DNA of 59,086 nt, the filler included, from Sphacelaria rigidula (taxonomy: Eukaryota): the NCBI GenBank assembly GCA_964200075.2. It is 9 parts of 9 records of this genome, joined end to end, with 100 filler letters (N's around TTAATTAATTAA, not from the genome) between each part and the next. Parts side by side here need not be neighbours in the genome. Positions count along the whole stretch, not along the records: positions 19,731 to 26,206 come from CAXNAA020019851.1; positions 26,307 to 32,782 come from CAXNAA020019852.1; positions 32,883 to 39,358 come from CAXNAA020019853.1; 6 more parts are not named here. One strand, 5' to 3'. The notes beneath the pieces were generated by a model. It was not told where the DNA came from, searched no databases, and saw only the letters and a list, made by a program, of their open reading frames with translations. Numbering within the stretch: position 1 is the stretch's first letter; each line of letters opens with the position of its first letter. This document shows, in pieces, positions 24,219 through 36,434 of the stretch. A program made the position numbers and the translations under genes.

Positions 24219-25838
24219 CAAGGGTAGGTTGAGTAGAGTATACTTGATACTCATTATTTTTTAAGAGTCATATTTTTAGTACTCAAAATTTGAGTAGAGT
24301 ATTTGAGGTCGTACTCACCCTGCTCAATTATTCGAGTACATTATTTGAGATCATACTCAATCTACTCGAAATTTGAGTAGAGTATCGATGTCATACTCAA
24401 TTTATACTCTATACTCAAGTATTACTGAGAGTGCTTACTCAATATTTGAGTAGAGTATTCGAGGTCGTACTCGATCTACTCAAAATTTGAGTAGAGTACT
24501 GGAGGTCGTACTCAATGTACTCAAAATTTAAGTAGAGTATTTGAGGCCGTACTCAACGTGCTGAAAGTTTGAGTAGAGTATTTGAGGCCGTACTCAACGT
24601 ACTGAACGTTTGAGTAGAGTATCGAGGTCATACTCAAGTTATACTCTATACCCAAGTATAACTGAGAGTGCTTCCTCAATATTTGTGTAGAGTATTGGAG
24701 GCCGTACTCAACCTACTCGAAATGTGGGTACTGTAGAGTATTTGAGGCCGTACTCGACCTACTCGAACGTCGAGTAGAGTAAATACTTGAGTGTTTACTC
24801 GAGTACTCAAAAGTACATACTCCACTCGACCTACCCTTGGAAGATGGTCGTTTTCATACTAAACCGACTGGTGAGATGGGTCGCTGGGGCAGCTGGGTTC
24901 ATTCACCTGCACGCTTCTTTTATTTTTTAGGGCCATCATTCGCTCAATCCCTTGTTGGCTGTGATGTAACGCCGCCCATCTAATTGATGGCCACCGTTCG
25001 CCCATGTATTCAACATAGTGTGTGAAGTGACGTCACGAAGTCGCCGGCTGTCAAGGATACTCACCATACCCAAGAGGTACTCTATACTCAAGTATTGCTG
25101 AGAGTACTTACCCAGTATTTGAGTAGAGTATTTGAGGTCGTACTCGATCTACTCAATATTTGAGTAGAGTATTTGAGGCCGTACTCAATGTACTCAAAGT
25201 TTGAGTAGAGTATTGAGGTCATAATCAAGTGATACTCTATACTCAAGTATTACTGAGAGTGCTTACCTCATATTTGAGTAGAGTATTCGAGAGCATACTC
25301 AACGTATTCAAGATTTGCGTAGAGTATTTCAGGCCGTACTCAACCTACTCAATATTTGAGTAAGCGTACACGACCTACTCAAAGTTTGAACAGAGTATTG
25401 AGGTCATACTCGAGTGATACTCTATACTCAAGTATTACTGAGAGTGCTTATCCAATGTTTGAGCAGGGTATTGGAGAGCATACTCAACGTACTCAAGATT
25501 TGCGTAGAGTATTTGAGGCCGTACTCGACCTACTCAAAAGTTGAGTAGGCCGTACTCGACCTACTCAACGTTTGAGTAGAGTATTGAGGTCATACTCGAG
25601 TGATACTCTATAATCAAGTATTACTGAGAGTGCTTACCCAATATTTGAGTAGAGTATTTGAGGCCATACTCAACGTACTCAAGATTTGAGTAGAGTATTT
25701 GAGGCCGTACTTGACCTACTCAAAATTTGAGTAGAGTATTTCAGGCCGTACTCGACCTACTCAAACGTCGAGTAGAGTAAATACTTGAGTATTTTACTCG
25801 AGTACTCAAAATTACATACTCTACTCGACCTACCCTTG
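24219..25838. mobile_element. Non-autonomous hAT-like element built of ~41-bp palindromic tandem repeats, with 8-bp TSD
   Basis: TIR CAAGGGTAGGTYGAGTAGAGTAT at both ends. Perfect TSD AATTTATC (24211-24218, 25839-25846). Extra internal right TIR ends at 24839. Confidence 0.88.
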
Positions 25839-28800
25839 AATTTATCACCCCTGAGACTGCCTTTTACAGTCTAAAAACGGACTCTCTGAGACCTGCCCCT
25901 TGTGCACCTTTTATCGCGAGTTTTTGGCGGAATACGGAGCCTTGGCGGATTGGGCCTTTTCTGAAAGGTTTTGCCATGCTTTTCACGAGGATTCTAGCGC
26001 ACTTATCAGATTTCCCGTGAGCCCAGTTTGACTTTTGGTGGGATTCCCGATTATTTCAGTCGCCCCTAAAATCGTCCAGTTGTCGACAAAACACGTACCT
26101 TTTCCCGACAACTCGAAGGTTTTTGAGGCGATTGCAAAAATCGGGAATTAACAGCCGATCATCTATGTTGAGGATGGTGCTTTTCATTGAGGATGAGAAC
26201 CCGGAGNNNNNNNNNNNNNNNNNNNNNNNNNNNNNNNNNNNNNNNNNNNNTTAATTAATTAANNNNNNNNNNNNNNNNNNNNNNNNNNNNNNNNNNNNNN
26301 NNNNNNCTCGCAAGGGCGCCACCTCGGTCGGCTCGCCCAGTGTGGCGTTCGGCCGGGCGTGTGTCGCGCAGGGGGGGGGGGGGGGGGGATCGGCCTTTAA
26401 ACCCAGGCCCTCACTCCGGTAGATTTAATTCCTTCTCCTCTACAAAGACCAAGTGATAGAACTCGTAGAGGAAAACACGACACATGATGTGTACAGGAGG
26501 ACAGTTGGCGATATTACTTCTTGGACTTACACAATGAAGCTTTATAATTACTGTTGGAAGAAAGGCATTCGTCAAAACTTCATAAAAAGGAAGGGGGGAC
26601 GACTGTTACCGGAAGCCACGTCTGTAGTGGCGTGTGATTACTCGAAGTCGAAGAAGTGTAATGATACTTGATGTTAGTATGGAGAGTAGTAATAACTGCT
26701 TCGTTTTAGTGTGGAGAATGAAACTACTTTGAAGCACTTGGTTCCAATTGAGGCAGGACGGATCGAGAGACGAAATAAAATAGTTTGCAAGGCTGTGTGC
26801 TGACATTTGTTGATGCTTCAGCGGTAAATGACGAGGTGATCGTGATGGTTAGAGCGCATATTGTACAGTATTCGGTAGAGATGGGCTTGTGTGTCCGCAA
26901 ATTGTGCGTGTATATACTGTATATACTCGTGAGCGGCCATCGGGGGACGCAGCGAGAGTCGGGAAATGGGATCGGAAGTTACATCGACGTCTGCACCATA
27001 AAGATCTTACCGTCTTCTCTGACTTACGTAATCATGCAGCGGAAACCTCACATAAACGATGTATTCACAGCCCTCCAGTTTGCAGAGGATGAGCTCCAGA
27101 GGTACACTGATCTTCTTGTCGCCGCCACCAATAGGTTGAAGAGCTGGAGCAATAGCGACATCTGGGTTGGCAAGCAATTCTAATACTCAACTACGGCGGC
27201 TTCACCTTTCCCAATCCGTCGGGCATATCTGCATTTTCTGCGGGGGGAGGAGGCGCGAAGAACAGAATTGCATGTGCGCTTTGTCACGTTCACACCAAGA
27301 AGACGAACGCGCGCGACCACATCGCCGTCCACTGGCAATAAGGGACTCTTTCGGATCCTGTGGCTGTTTGGGGTTATGTCGCCCCTCGATCGAGACGTCC
27401 ACCGCGAGTGTGGGTGCCGAAAGGTACTACCCAACCGTCACTGCGTTCCACGGTTGGGCGTGCGAGGCAACATGATGAACCTTGACGTTTCTTTCGCAGA
27501 ATAGCGTGAAGATTTGAACCCGTTGAACAACATGCCGATGCCATATTCTTTTCACGAGCATAAACAGGACTGCTGGAAGTATGGCATAGGCCAACACGTC
27601 GCCCCTGCACCCAAGTCAGTCCACGTTGCTACCTAGCGACGATGTGGCGAAGGAGTTTGTGAAAGAGTAAATTGTGTCGAACGAGGAGAGGGGCTTGTCC
27701 TGGCCGCTTTGAGAAAAATTCCGGAGCGAGAGTCTGCGTGAGGGGAAGGGCCTGGGTAGACCACGAAAAATGGAAACCACCACTAAGGAGGGACTGGTCG
27801 AGATACTACGGGACGGAGGACGGCAACCTGGCACGCATGCTGAGAAGTGCAGAGGGTCCACCGAAGATGGCGCCGGGGAACGCAGTGAGAACAGCGGTGT
27901 CTCGCAGAGTTACAACGATAACTCGGATAGTGTGGGCAGCTTTGACTCGGGGATTAAGGACAGCAACATAGATGCACAAAACAGCGAGGACGATAACGAG
28001 GAGGGCCACGAGAACGACGACGAGGGAGAAGATCAGGAGAAAGATTAGTCACACGAAGGCCTAAAGCAGGGCGACGGAAGAGGGTTCGAGAGAGGACGTA
28101 AGGGCCCCAAAAGCATGGAAGGTCTTCCTTGGAAGAAAGCACGGAGGATTTGGCCTAGAAACATAACGAAGGCAAGATTGAGATACTATTGTATTACTCA
28201 ACCGAGTGTTGGCACACGTCCGGACGACGCAGCAGTGCTCTGTTTGTGCTGACTTCGAGAAGCCTAATCGCCGCGACGGCGTACACACTACAGAACTTTG
28301 CTCGTTTAATGTGCACTCCTGGAGCGTCTCCTGAACTCTGGAGTGTGTTTTTCCCTTGTTCACGATTATGATATGTTGCCCCCAGTCGTGTCGAAAACTT
28401 GATACACCATGGTGATGAATGACCATGCTGAGGGAAGGTTCTGACAACGTATGTATGGTGTACTCCACTACACACACGCGCATAGCTCTACACACTCAAC
28501 AGTAGCAGCGTGTTCGTAGAGGTCAGTCTCCCCGTATTTCTCAAATCCGGGAACATTGAAGAAATTACCTCCGCCCAAAGACCGTGGCCGACATGAACCG
28601 ACTGCGAATACCCAAAGTCGAATGCGTATCTTCATCTTCGTCAATTCAATATCATCGCAAAAATATTGATATAAGTGCGAGCTCATCATCTCCAGACCGG
28701 ACCCCGGTGTCCTGACGCCAATCGACGCTGACATGCACACATTATACAAGCATAACGAGATATTCGTGAAATAAATGACTGGCTTTTCATTTGAGGACGA

Positions 28801-28859
28801 AGATCGACACGTCGAGGGGGGGACGAAGGATAAGATGAGGGTCGAACATGTTTAGCATC

Positions 28860-28976
28860 CTGCTGAGGTGCCTCACAGAGTATATCGCAACCCGCAGCGC
28901 CCCCGACTACCGCAACATGCTGCCCTACCGCGAGGTCCTCAAGAGGACTGGCTGCGAGTGCATCGAGGCTACCGTG
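28860..28976 (+). mobile_element. Short LINE (RTE-like) ORF2 C-terminal remnant interrupted by the Copia LTR
   Basis: Translates to DYRNMLPYREVLKRTGCECIEATV, resembling the post-RT region of RTE-type LINEs (recognised from memory). Confidence 0.5.
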
Positions 28977-29233
28977 TGTTCGAGTGATTCAGATACCCAG
29001 TAATGCTGGATCTACGTAGAACCGGGGATCGGGGTGACGTACGAGTACCGACAGTCAAGTGTGTGCACATGTGGTACAGTACGGCTGAGAGCAGCGGAGC
29101 AGTCTGCCACCCTTGATCATTCTCATTCATGTACCCTCCATCTCATCAGTCCTCTCCCAAGTTACAGTAGAACTTGGATGCTCTTCAATAAAAGATCTGA
29201 AACTATTGCCCTGTGCCTGAGCCAAGGAATACA
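28977..29233 (+). repeat. Copia 5' LTR (~257 bp)
   Basis: TG...CA termini and AATAAA. Followed by a degenerate PBS-like tagtgatca and the gag ATG at 29259. Confidence 0.8.
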
Positions 29234-29258
29234 CTAGTGATCAATCGATTGGGAAAGT

Positions 29259-31437
29259 ATGGCTAGGAACGATGGTAACGCTCCGTCTTCAGAAGAGAGA
29301 TTAGACGGGCTGACGAGTCAAATCGAAAGTATGATGAGCCTGCTCAGTGGTCAGTTTAGCACATTGACAAAGATGGTTAGAGATGTACAATCTACACAAA
29401 CTGTAATACAGGGTAGAGCAGATGGCATTGAAGACAGAGAGCCCGGAGGTGCGAGGTGGAGTGGCGTCGTCGAAAGCAAAGAAGAACAAGCAACACAACA
29501 ACACCAGACTGACAACTCAGCCAGCCACAGCACACCTCACGGGCGAAGACGCATCCGCGAGGGCGAGCAGGGAGCTCCGAGTGGGAGCGACCACAGGGCA
29601 GCAAGCGACGGAGCAAGGGGTGCAGACCCCGCAAGTGAGTCCGTCGCAGTGTTCGGTCACGATCGACCAAGTGTTCAAAATATTGCTGGGATCCCGGTTT
29701 TCAAGGCAACTGTACCTCAGTTCTCTGGGAAGAGTTCAGGGTTTAACCACTATAGTCACGAACTATTATGTTTGCCAGGAGCGAAGCAGTTGATTGGGTC
29801 TTCACTATGTCAGAAGATAGGGCATATGATGTTGAGGTGGAGAACAAGGCGTTATCCCTAAGTTATCTTGAAGCAAGGCACGGAAAGGGCACTGTAGCTG
29901 CAAACGTGAGAGCGAGGCAAATGCTGGTGGCGAGTCTCGAACATAAACGGGACCAGGATGTTCTTTTCAGAATTCCGTCTCCTGCAGCTGTGTGGCGTGA
30001 GTTGAATGATTTTTACAGCCCCAAGACCAAAGGAGCTAGATTAGCTCTTCTAGAAGAGTATGATCACGTGAAGATTGGAGTTCGCGATGATCCCGTACAA
30101 AAACTAATCGAGATGGAAGAGGTGGCGAGAGAATTACAATCACACGACACCAACATTATCCTGACGGAGGCGCAAACCCTCCTCAAATTTGTCAATACGC
30201 TTCCTTGCGAGCATAACCATCAAAAACAGGCGTTGGAGGAGCGCGAAGGTCCGCTCACGGGGGAAATCGTAGTGACGTCGGTTCGAAAACGTTTCGAATC
30301 GGCACTTTTCAAGCAGAAACGCGCCAAGAGGAAGAAGGTTCCCCGGGCGACCAGGCCCTTGCTGTCAAGGGCCATCCCGGCAAACCTGACGGTTCACACC
30401 GGAAAGGTAAGCCGGGAAAGACCCAGAACCCAGGCTGCGCAGGTGATGGGGGGGCAGGGCAAAAACAACTAGTCGCCGGCTTCATCGTCAACGAGCCAGT
30501 CGGGGGCTGCGACGCCGTGGAGGTGCCACGTTTGTCAGAAGATGACCACACATCGGGCGAGAGACTGTCCAGACAGGCGTTGTGTTAGGTGCGGGAAGAG
30601 AGGACATAATTTGATTGACTGTCAGAGCACTGTGGAGGACGCGGCGACTGTGGAGGACGCGGCGATTGTGATGGGCGTGGTGGAAGACGTGGTGGACGAT
30701 AACTCCGTCTGTTCGGATGCTGATGCAGAAGCGTTCACCAGCCTCGACATGACGGTAGATGAGGTCAACACAGGCGAGTATGCGTTTGCAACTGGGGAGG
30801 GGAATGTAGAGCAGTCAGATGGGGGCGAATCGTGGGTACTTGACACGGGGGCCACTTTGCGTTTTTCTCATGATTCGAGTAACATGACGAATTATAGAAA
30901 ATGCAGTGGAAGGGTACTACGGTGTGCGGGCAGTGGTACCTACCCGATCGTGGGAAGAGGAAGCTTGGCTCTATCTTTACGATCTGACGGACGCGATATA
31001 GTCTTGCATTTGAAAAATGTAGACCACGCACCTTGTGTCCGTCACCATCTGTTGTCATTAACCAGGATGTCTAACGCGGGTCACACCTACATTGGGTCTA
31101 GTAATTAATGGCTTCCGGGTTGAGTTGAAATCAGGCAATATCCTGAAAATCCCCGGTCAGCACAGACAACTAATAATGTACGCCCAACGCATCTATCCGA
31201 ATGGTCATGACAAGCATGCGTCAGCATGCGCTGTGATTGCCCTGGGGAAACTTCCCAATCCCCAAGTTGAAGACATAAATGATTTCTATTGCAAACACGC
31301 GCATATTCACGAGGACCTGCTCCGGCGGACTGCAAAGCAGCTCGGAGTGGAGCTGCGCGGCGAGTTGAGACCGTGCCGAGGATGCTCGGAAGGAAAGGGA
31401 CTTCGGCAGCCCATCCCAAGATCGACCCATACACGAG
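29259..31437 (+). mobile_element. Ty1/Copia gag-protease-GAG-pre-integrase pseudogene, truncated before the integrase core
   Basis: Gag (SPAAVWRELNDFYSPK), zinc knuckle CVRCGKRGHNLIDC, protease WVLDTGAT, pre-integrase H..H...CRGC. Frameshifts near 29770 and 30330-30540, and a break near 31100. Confidence 0.92.
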
Positions 31438-31694
31438 TGTTTTCCTTGGCTCAGGCACAGGGTAATGGTTTCAGATATTTTATTGAAAAACACCCAAGTT
31501 CTACTATAACTTGGGAGAGTGCTCATGAGATGGAAGGTAGATGAATGAGAATGATCAAGGGTGGCGGTCTGCTCCGCTGCTCTCAGCGGTATTGTACCAC
31601 GTTTGCACACACCTGACTGTCGGTACTCGTACGTCACCCCGACCCCCACTTATACGTGGATCCAGCATTACTGGGTATTTGAATCACTCGAACC
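31438..31694 (-). repeat. Inverted copy of the Copia LTR
   Basis: Reverse complement aligns over the full length with 28977-29233, with scattered substitutions. Confidence 0.92.
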
Positions 31695-33275
31695 GCCGTC
31701 AGGTCGTGCAACCACAAGATCAAGTAAGTGCGTGATGACCCTGGAGTCGCATAAAGTGTAGATTTTATCCGTGCTGTCGGCAGCCGTGTTCACGGCTGCC
31801 ATTGAGAGCCCGGTAGGACGAACTTATAAAACTTGGGAGGCTGTTTGAGTGGGAGGTCAAGAATAGTAAACGATTTAATGAAAAGGGAACTTTTCATTAA
31901 AACTGTTTGCAACCGTCCTGTACCTTAGCAATGTTCTTCTTGACGAACCTCTTAAAACTGCTCCCGGATTTAGGAAATTCCGACTTTGGTGAAGGAGGAC
32001 CCCCTCCTCACATGTCGTCACGTTGTTCATGGCGAGAAAGGCCTCGGAGCCATTTTTTCGGAGATTGTTTCGTACGAATTTTCTCCGGGGGGAAATTACC
32101 GCGCCGGTGCCATGCCCGGCGATCGCTTTAGTGGTGGCCTGTCGCTTGGGTATGAGCGGCATTCACGTCACTTGTGATTCCTCCTAGGGCAGTATAGGCA
32201 CCGGTTATTGTGAAGTTTGACGGACTTACTCTGACTTTCGTGACATCCCATGGACTCAGGACTTCTCCCTTGCTCAGCCACCATTTGCGTCGAGGAGATG
32301 GCTGCTCATTTCAACTGCTCGTCCTTCTCATCGGGCTGAGCACTGACCTGCGGAAATACTCGGGTCAGTGCCTTCTTAATCCCTACCAGGAGTGCGACCT
32401 TCTTTGTTGCCTGAAGTTTTGTCTCTGCTAGGGTATCGAACTTTGACCACATGTTGTGCTCGAACCTGATGAAAAAAAGTCAGTTGTGTTCTCTGCTGCC
32501 GTACAATGAAAGTCTGGTAGCTTTTCCTTTCGCGAGGATAGCTGGACGGGCCGCGCGTCCTGCGACTGTCCACCATAGGCATGTTCGAGGTCTAGCGATG
32601 CCCCCTTGTTTCGTGTCGAGAGGGATGCGTGATCAATGGTCAAACGACTGAGGTAAGCAACAAATAACAGCCGATTTCGAATTTTCGGGTTGATCTCTGA
32701 AATGAGGTTGAAGTGGCATTTCTCTCTTGCACGGAAGACCCGAAACACTAACGACCTAGCGAAGCCATCTTCCCCCCCAAATNNNNNNNNNNNNNNNNNN
32801 NNNNNNNNNNNNNNNNNNNNNNNNNNTTAATTAATTAANNNNNNNNNNNNNNNNNNNNNNNNNNNNNNNNNNNNNNNNNNNNGAGTTGCATCCTGCTAAG
32901 ATTGTTCGGCCCGAAGTCCACTAATTATCTTGCATTTGGATGACAACCTACAATGAGTTGCTTTATTTTCTGCTATCGCCACTTCCGGAGACAGCCACGG
33001 CTTATACACTGCCTCGTGAGTGTCTCACCATTTAAACACTACGTGGTACGATCGTTCCCACTGCGCGGAGTTCAGGTTCTCCCATGCTGCACAACATGAT
33101 CTAGCTCGACTACTATCATGGTTACCGCAAAAAAACGCAAGCGCGCACAAAAAAGGATAAGCTGGTTGCCTAGCTTACGTAGCGAGTGGCGCGTTTTATA
33201 GCGTCATCGCCAACCGACGCCCACCCCATCGGGGGTCCGCCTCTACAAAGCCGGGACGGAGCACGCCGGGTTCCC

Positions 33276-33492
33276 CCCTGGGTGCGTGAGAGGACCGCGT
33301 GCTTAGAGGACCGCGTCGTTGTTCAAAACACTTCAGGATCGACGTTTTTCAAAACCAATCGGGCCAGTCCCTGCCGGTACCACGCCCGTGGCCATAACCC
33401 TATCACTAACCCTGACCCTAACCCCAACCATAGGGATGTTCAAATTCCGATGCGATCCTCTAAGCACGCGGTCCTCTCACGCATTGCAGGGG
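33276..33492. mobile_element. MITE carrying internal telomere-like TAACCC repeats
   Basis: TIRs tgcgtgagaggaccgcgtgcttagagga / tcctctaagcacgcggtcctctcacgca. Interior taaccctatcactaaccctgaccctaaccccaacc. Confidence 0.8.
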
Positions 33493-34852
33493 CATGCACT
33501 GCCAGCTTGGTAGGGGATGTCCGAAGTGCGGGGTCGGCAGAAATTTCAGCGCTGCTCTGCGATGTGTCTGCCGATAATTTATCGTCGTGGACAAAGGGGG
33601 CGACGGGTTTTCGCCGTCGGACGTGGTTCCAGTGACTCCATCAGCGGAACTTACGTCCGATACATGAACACATGAACTGGAAGGAGACATGGTCTCCTCA
33701 GACTTATCGGGAGACACGTTGTCGCGGGCCAAGATTCGAGACATAGGGGACGAATTGTCAGTTACCCGCGTGAGGCTGTCGTGCTGTGAGGTCGCCAGTG
33801 GCGGATCGGCACGTGAACGCGACAATGAATCAACAGTAGGTAGGGTGGACTTGTGGCTCAACACGTTCCGCCTCGACCTTTTTGTTAGTGCTTGCTCAGG
33901 GGGCGACGGGGAGGGGCAGAGGGCGGTAGCGGCACATCCTATACCTGAGAAGTACCGTCATGACATGGCGCTGTTGGGAGTTCTCGAAAGTGGTCCGTGA
34001 CGGTGTCAGCTTGTGGCTTACCGACCGGTTCACTACGGGGGGTCCATCTCCAACCCGTGGAGCAACGGAAAGCGCGGCTTCCCTGTGTTCATGAGCCACA
34101 ATGGAATAAGGATGCTCACCTAATTTTTCTTTCTGTTCCTTCTTTTTTTCAGAGCGTGTTTCAGTTTCGTTTTTCTTGGGGACGTCTATCATGAGACCAC
34201 GGCTGGACCCCTGGGGGATCAGTTAAAGTGCGACAATCAATCAATCAATCAATCAACTAAAAAGGGGCCCGGCGCCCTGTGGACGCCTGGGCTAAGATGA
34301 ACCTGTGACGAAATCACGCCGTCACGTTGATTATATAGTGGATCCTGGAAAATGACCAGGGGACAAGGGTATCCTGTTGATGATGATCCTTGCTGTGTAG
34401 CCTAGGCCTGACGGTGCGGGCTGCAGCTGTTTACTCCTGAATAATGAGATGTTGTAAAGGCTGAGAACTGAAACCTGAGGCCAGTGGAACTGGGGAGTCC
34501 CTCAACAGCATTAGACGTTGCAGTGCTAGCAACCTGCTGTCGTCACAATATCGATATTAGTGATAGCGCTAGTCGTGCTAGTAGTGCTATCGTGAGTGAC
34601 TGCTGGAATGTTTTCAGCAGAAACGAGTCTGGAAAGCTTAGGACGTATTGCTTCACGGACGCGTGAGGAGGTTTCAAGCTGAGGTAGCTGCAAAGGCGGC
34701 TGGCGCGTGATTGATCCAGACTGGAGGTTTGATGGAGCTGCGTGCAGCGGAAGTTTATAGGACCCCACGGCTGTTGTCCTGCGGCGACGAAGGCAGGTGT
34801 GAACTGTGGAGTTCAAGAAGGTTCAGAAGCCTTCGATTAGGTCCGCTCGGGA

Positions 34853-35374
34853 ATGTCGATTTCAGAGTCACCGGCGATAAAGCCAGAGGAGACAACTGTA
34901 ACCTCAGTTGTTCTGAGAGAAGAGTTGCGGCCTCCCAGTTACGGGAATTTGTATTCTGAGTGTGTTTCTCGACCTTTTTATACGAAATACGTGGAATACG
35001 AGGCGCGGGTGGAGCATGCGAACGCAGGGGGTGCGGTAAGGCATCAGGTGGTTTCCATGGCGCAACTCGTGCCTACCCCCCTCCAACGCGTTTTTGCGAG
35101 GAGATTCCACAAAAAGCACACAATAACGCCGCCGCAGTTGGTTGCGGCGATCATAAAGCATGCTGGGCATGCGGCGGGCACTTGCCACTGTTCTGGCCAG
35201 GTCGGCTATTACGCGCGCGATTGCCCAAGATCGTTTGGTGGGAATTCTGGGCAGTCTCATGCCGCGCGCCATCAGCATCGTCAGCACAAGGGCAAAATAC
35301 GAGGTAATCGTGGTGGCGGCGGCGGCAGATCCTCCATGGGTGGAGGTGCACAGTCGACTTCCCGGCAGGAGTAG
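34853..35374 (+). pseudogene. Gypsy gag remnant with degenerate zinc knuckle
   Basis: ATG-initiated ORF after the LTR. CHCSGQVGYYARDC is a decayed CCHC. Confidence 0.7.
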
Positions 35375-35714
35375 CAGCAGCAGCAGCAGCAGGGGCGTCA
35401 GCAGGGGTCCGGTTGTGGGTCCGGCTCAGCCGCAGGGGCTGCTGCTCCGCAACGGGCGGTGCAGGTCGGACCGACCACTCTAGTGTCGGGCTCAGTGCCG
35501 GCGCCGCCGGCAGCAGAGCAAGGCGAGACGCCTGCTGCTGAGCCGGCTGGATTTCAGATGAAATTGGGATCTACTGCTGCGTCGGCCGGAGTACCGCTGT
35601 AATTTGATTCTGCAGGCGGGGCTTCGTACCCGCCGCCGGCGCCGGTGACCCAAGCGGGGGCGTCTATGCCTGCGCCGCACGCGCAGCCGTGGCGCCAAGC
35701 GGAGATATGCTATT

Positions 35715-36434
35715 TTGGACAATGAAGGCCTGTTTCGTGTGCATGTGCGTGTCCGAAACGTTTTGTGGATTCCGAGCTCTGACAAGCAGTTGCAGGTACG
35801 TGTGATGATTTGCGCGCACATGCGCGACGCCGGGCATCGTGGTGTGGATGCGACGCTCGTGCGCTTGCAAGAGTTTTGTGTCTGGAAGGGGATACAAACT
35901 CATGTGCGCGAATTTGTCCGCCAGTGTCTTCACTGTGCTGACTCGAGGGCGGGCGATGTTGTTCCCCGCACGCTCAGCGAAACGGTCCATGGGACCACGC
36001 CGAATGAAGTCGTTCATTTTGACTTCTTGCACGTAGGCGAGAGTGGCCCACTAGCTTCCCAAGGTTTGTCGGAGGATGCTGGGTTCCGATATATTTTGGT
36101 CATCATGGATGATTTGAGCAACTTTGTGGCTCTGGAACCAGCAGCAGTGTGTACTGCTGAATCGACTGCTGGGTCTTTGCTGAATCGGTGCAAACCTTTG
36201 GGGGTGCCCCGTGTGTGGGTGAGTGATACCGACACGCATTTCAAGAATGCGATCTTGGCTAGGTTGCGAGAGGCTTTGCGCGTTGATCACCGGTTTGCTG
36301 TAGCGTATTCTCAGAGGACTAAAGGTACGTGCGAACGCATGGTAAAGGAAGTAGTTCGTGCTCTTCGCTCTGTTTTTCTCGAGCAGCGTAGAGCGGTTTC
36401 CGAGTGGATGGGCGTGTTGCCGCCGGTGCAATGA
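35715..36434 (+). pseudogene. Gypsy integrase (HHCC zinc finger plus DDE core), prematurely terminated
   Basis: AHMRDAGHRG...CLHC, VHFDFL, VSDTDTHF, GTCERMV. The stop falls in Q*ALNT where W is expected. Confidence 0.92.

Noticed and set aside
24219..25838. CRISPR-like array of palindromic repeats
   Set aside because: The intervening sequences are themselves repeats rather than unique spacers. There are no cas genes, and TIRs plus an 8-bp TSD identify a DNA transposon.
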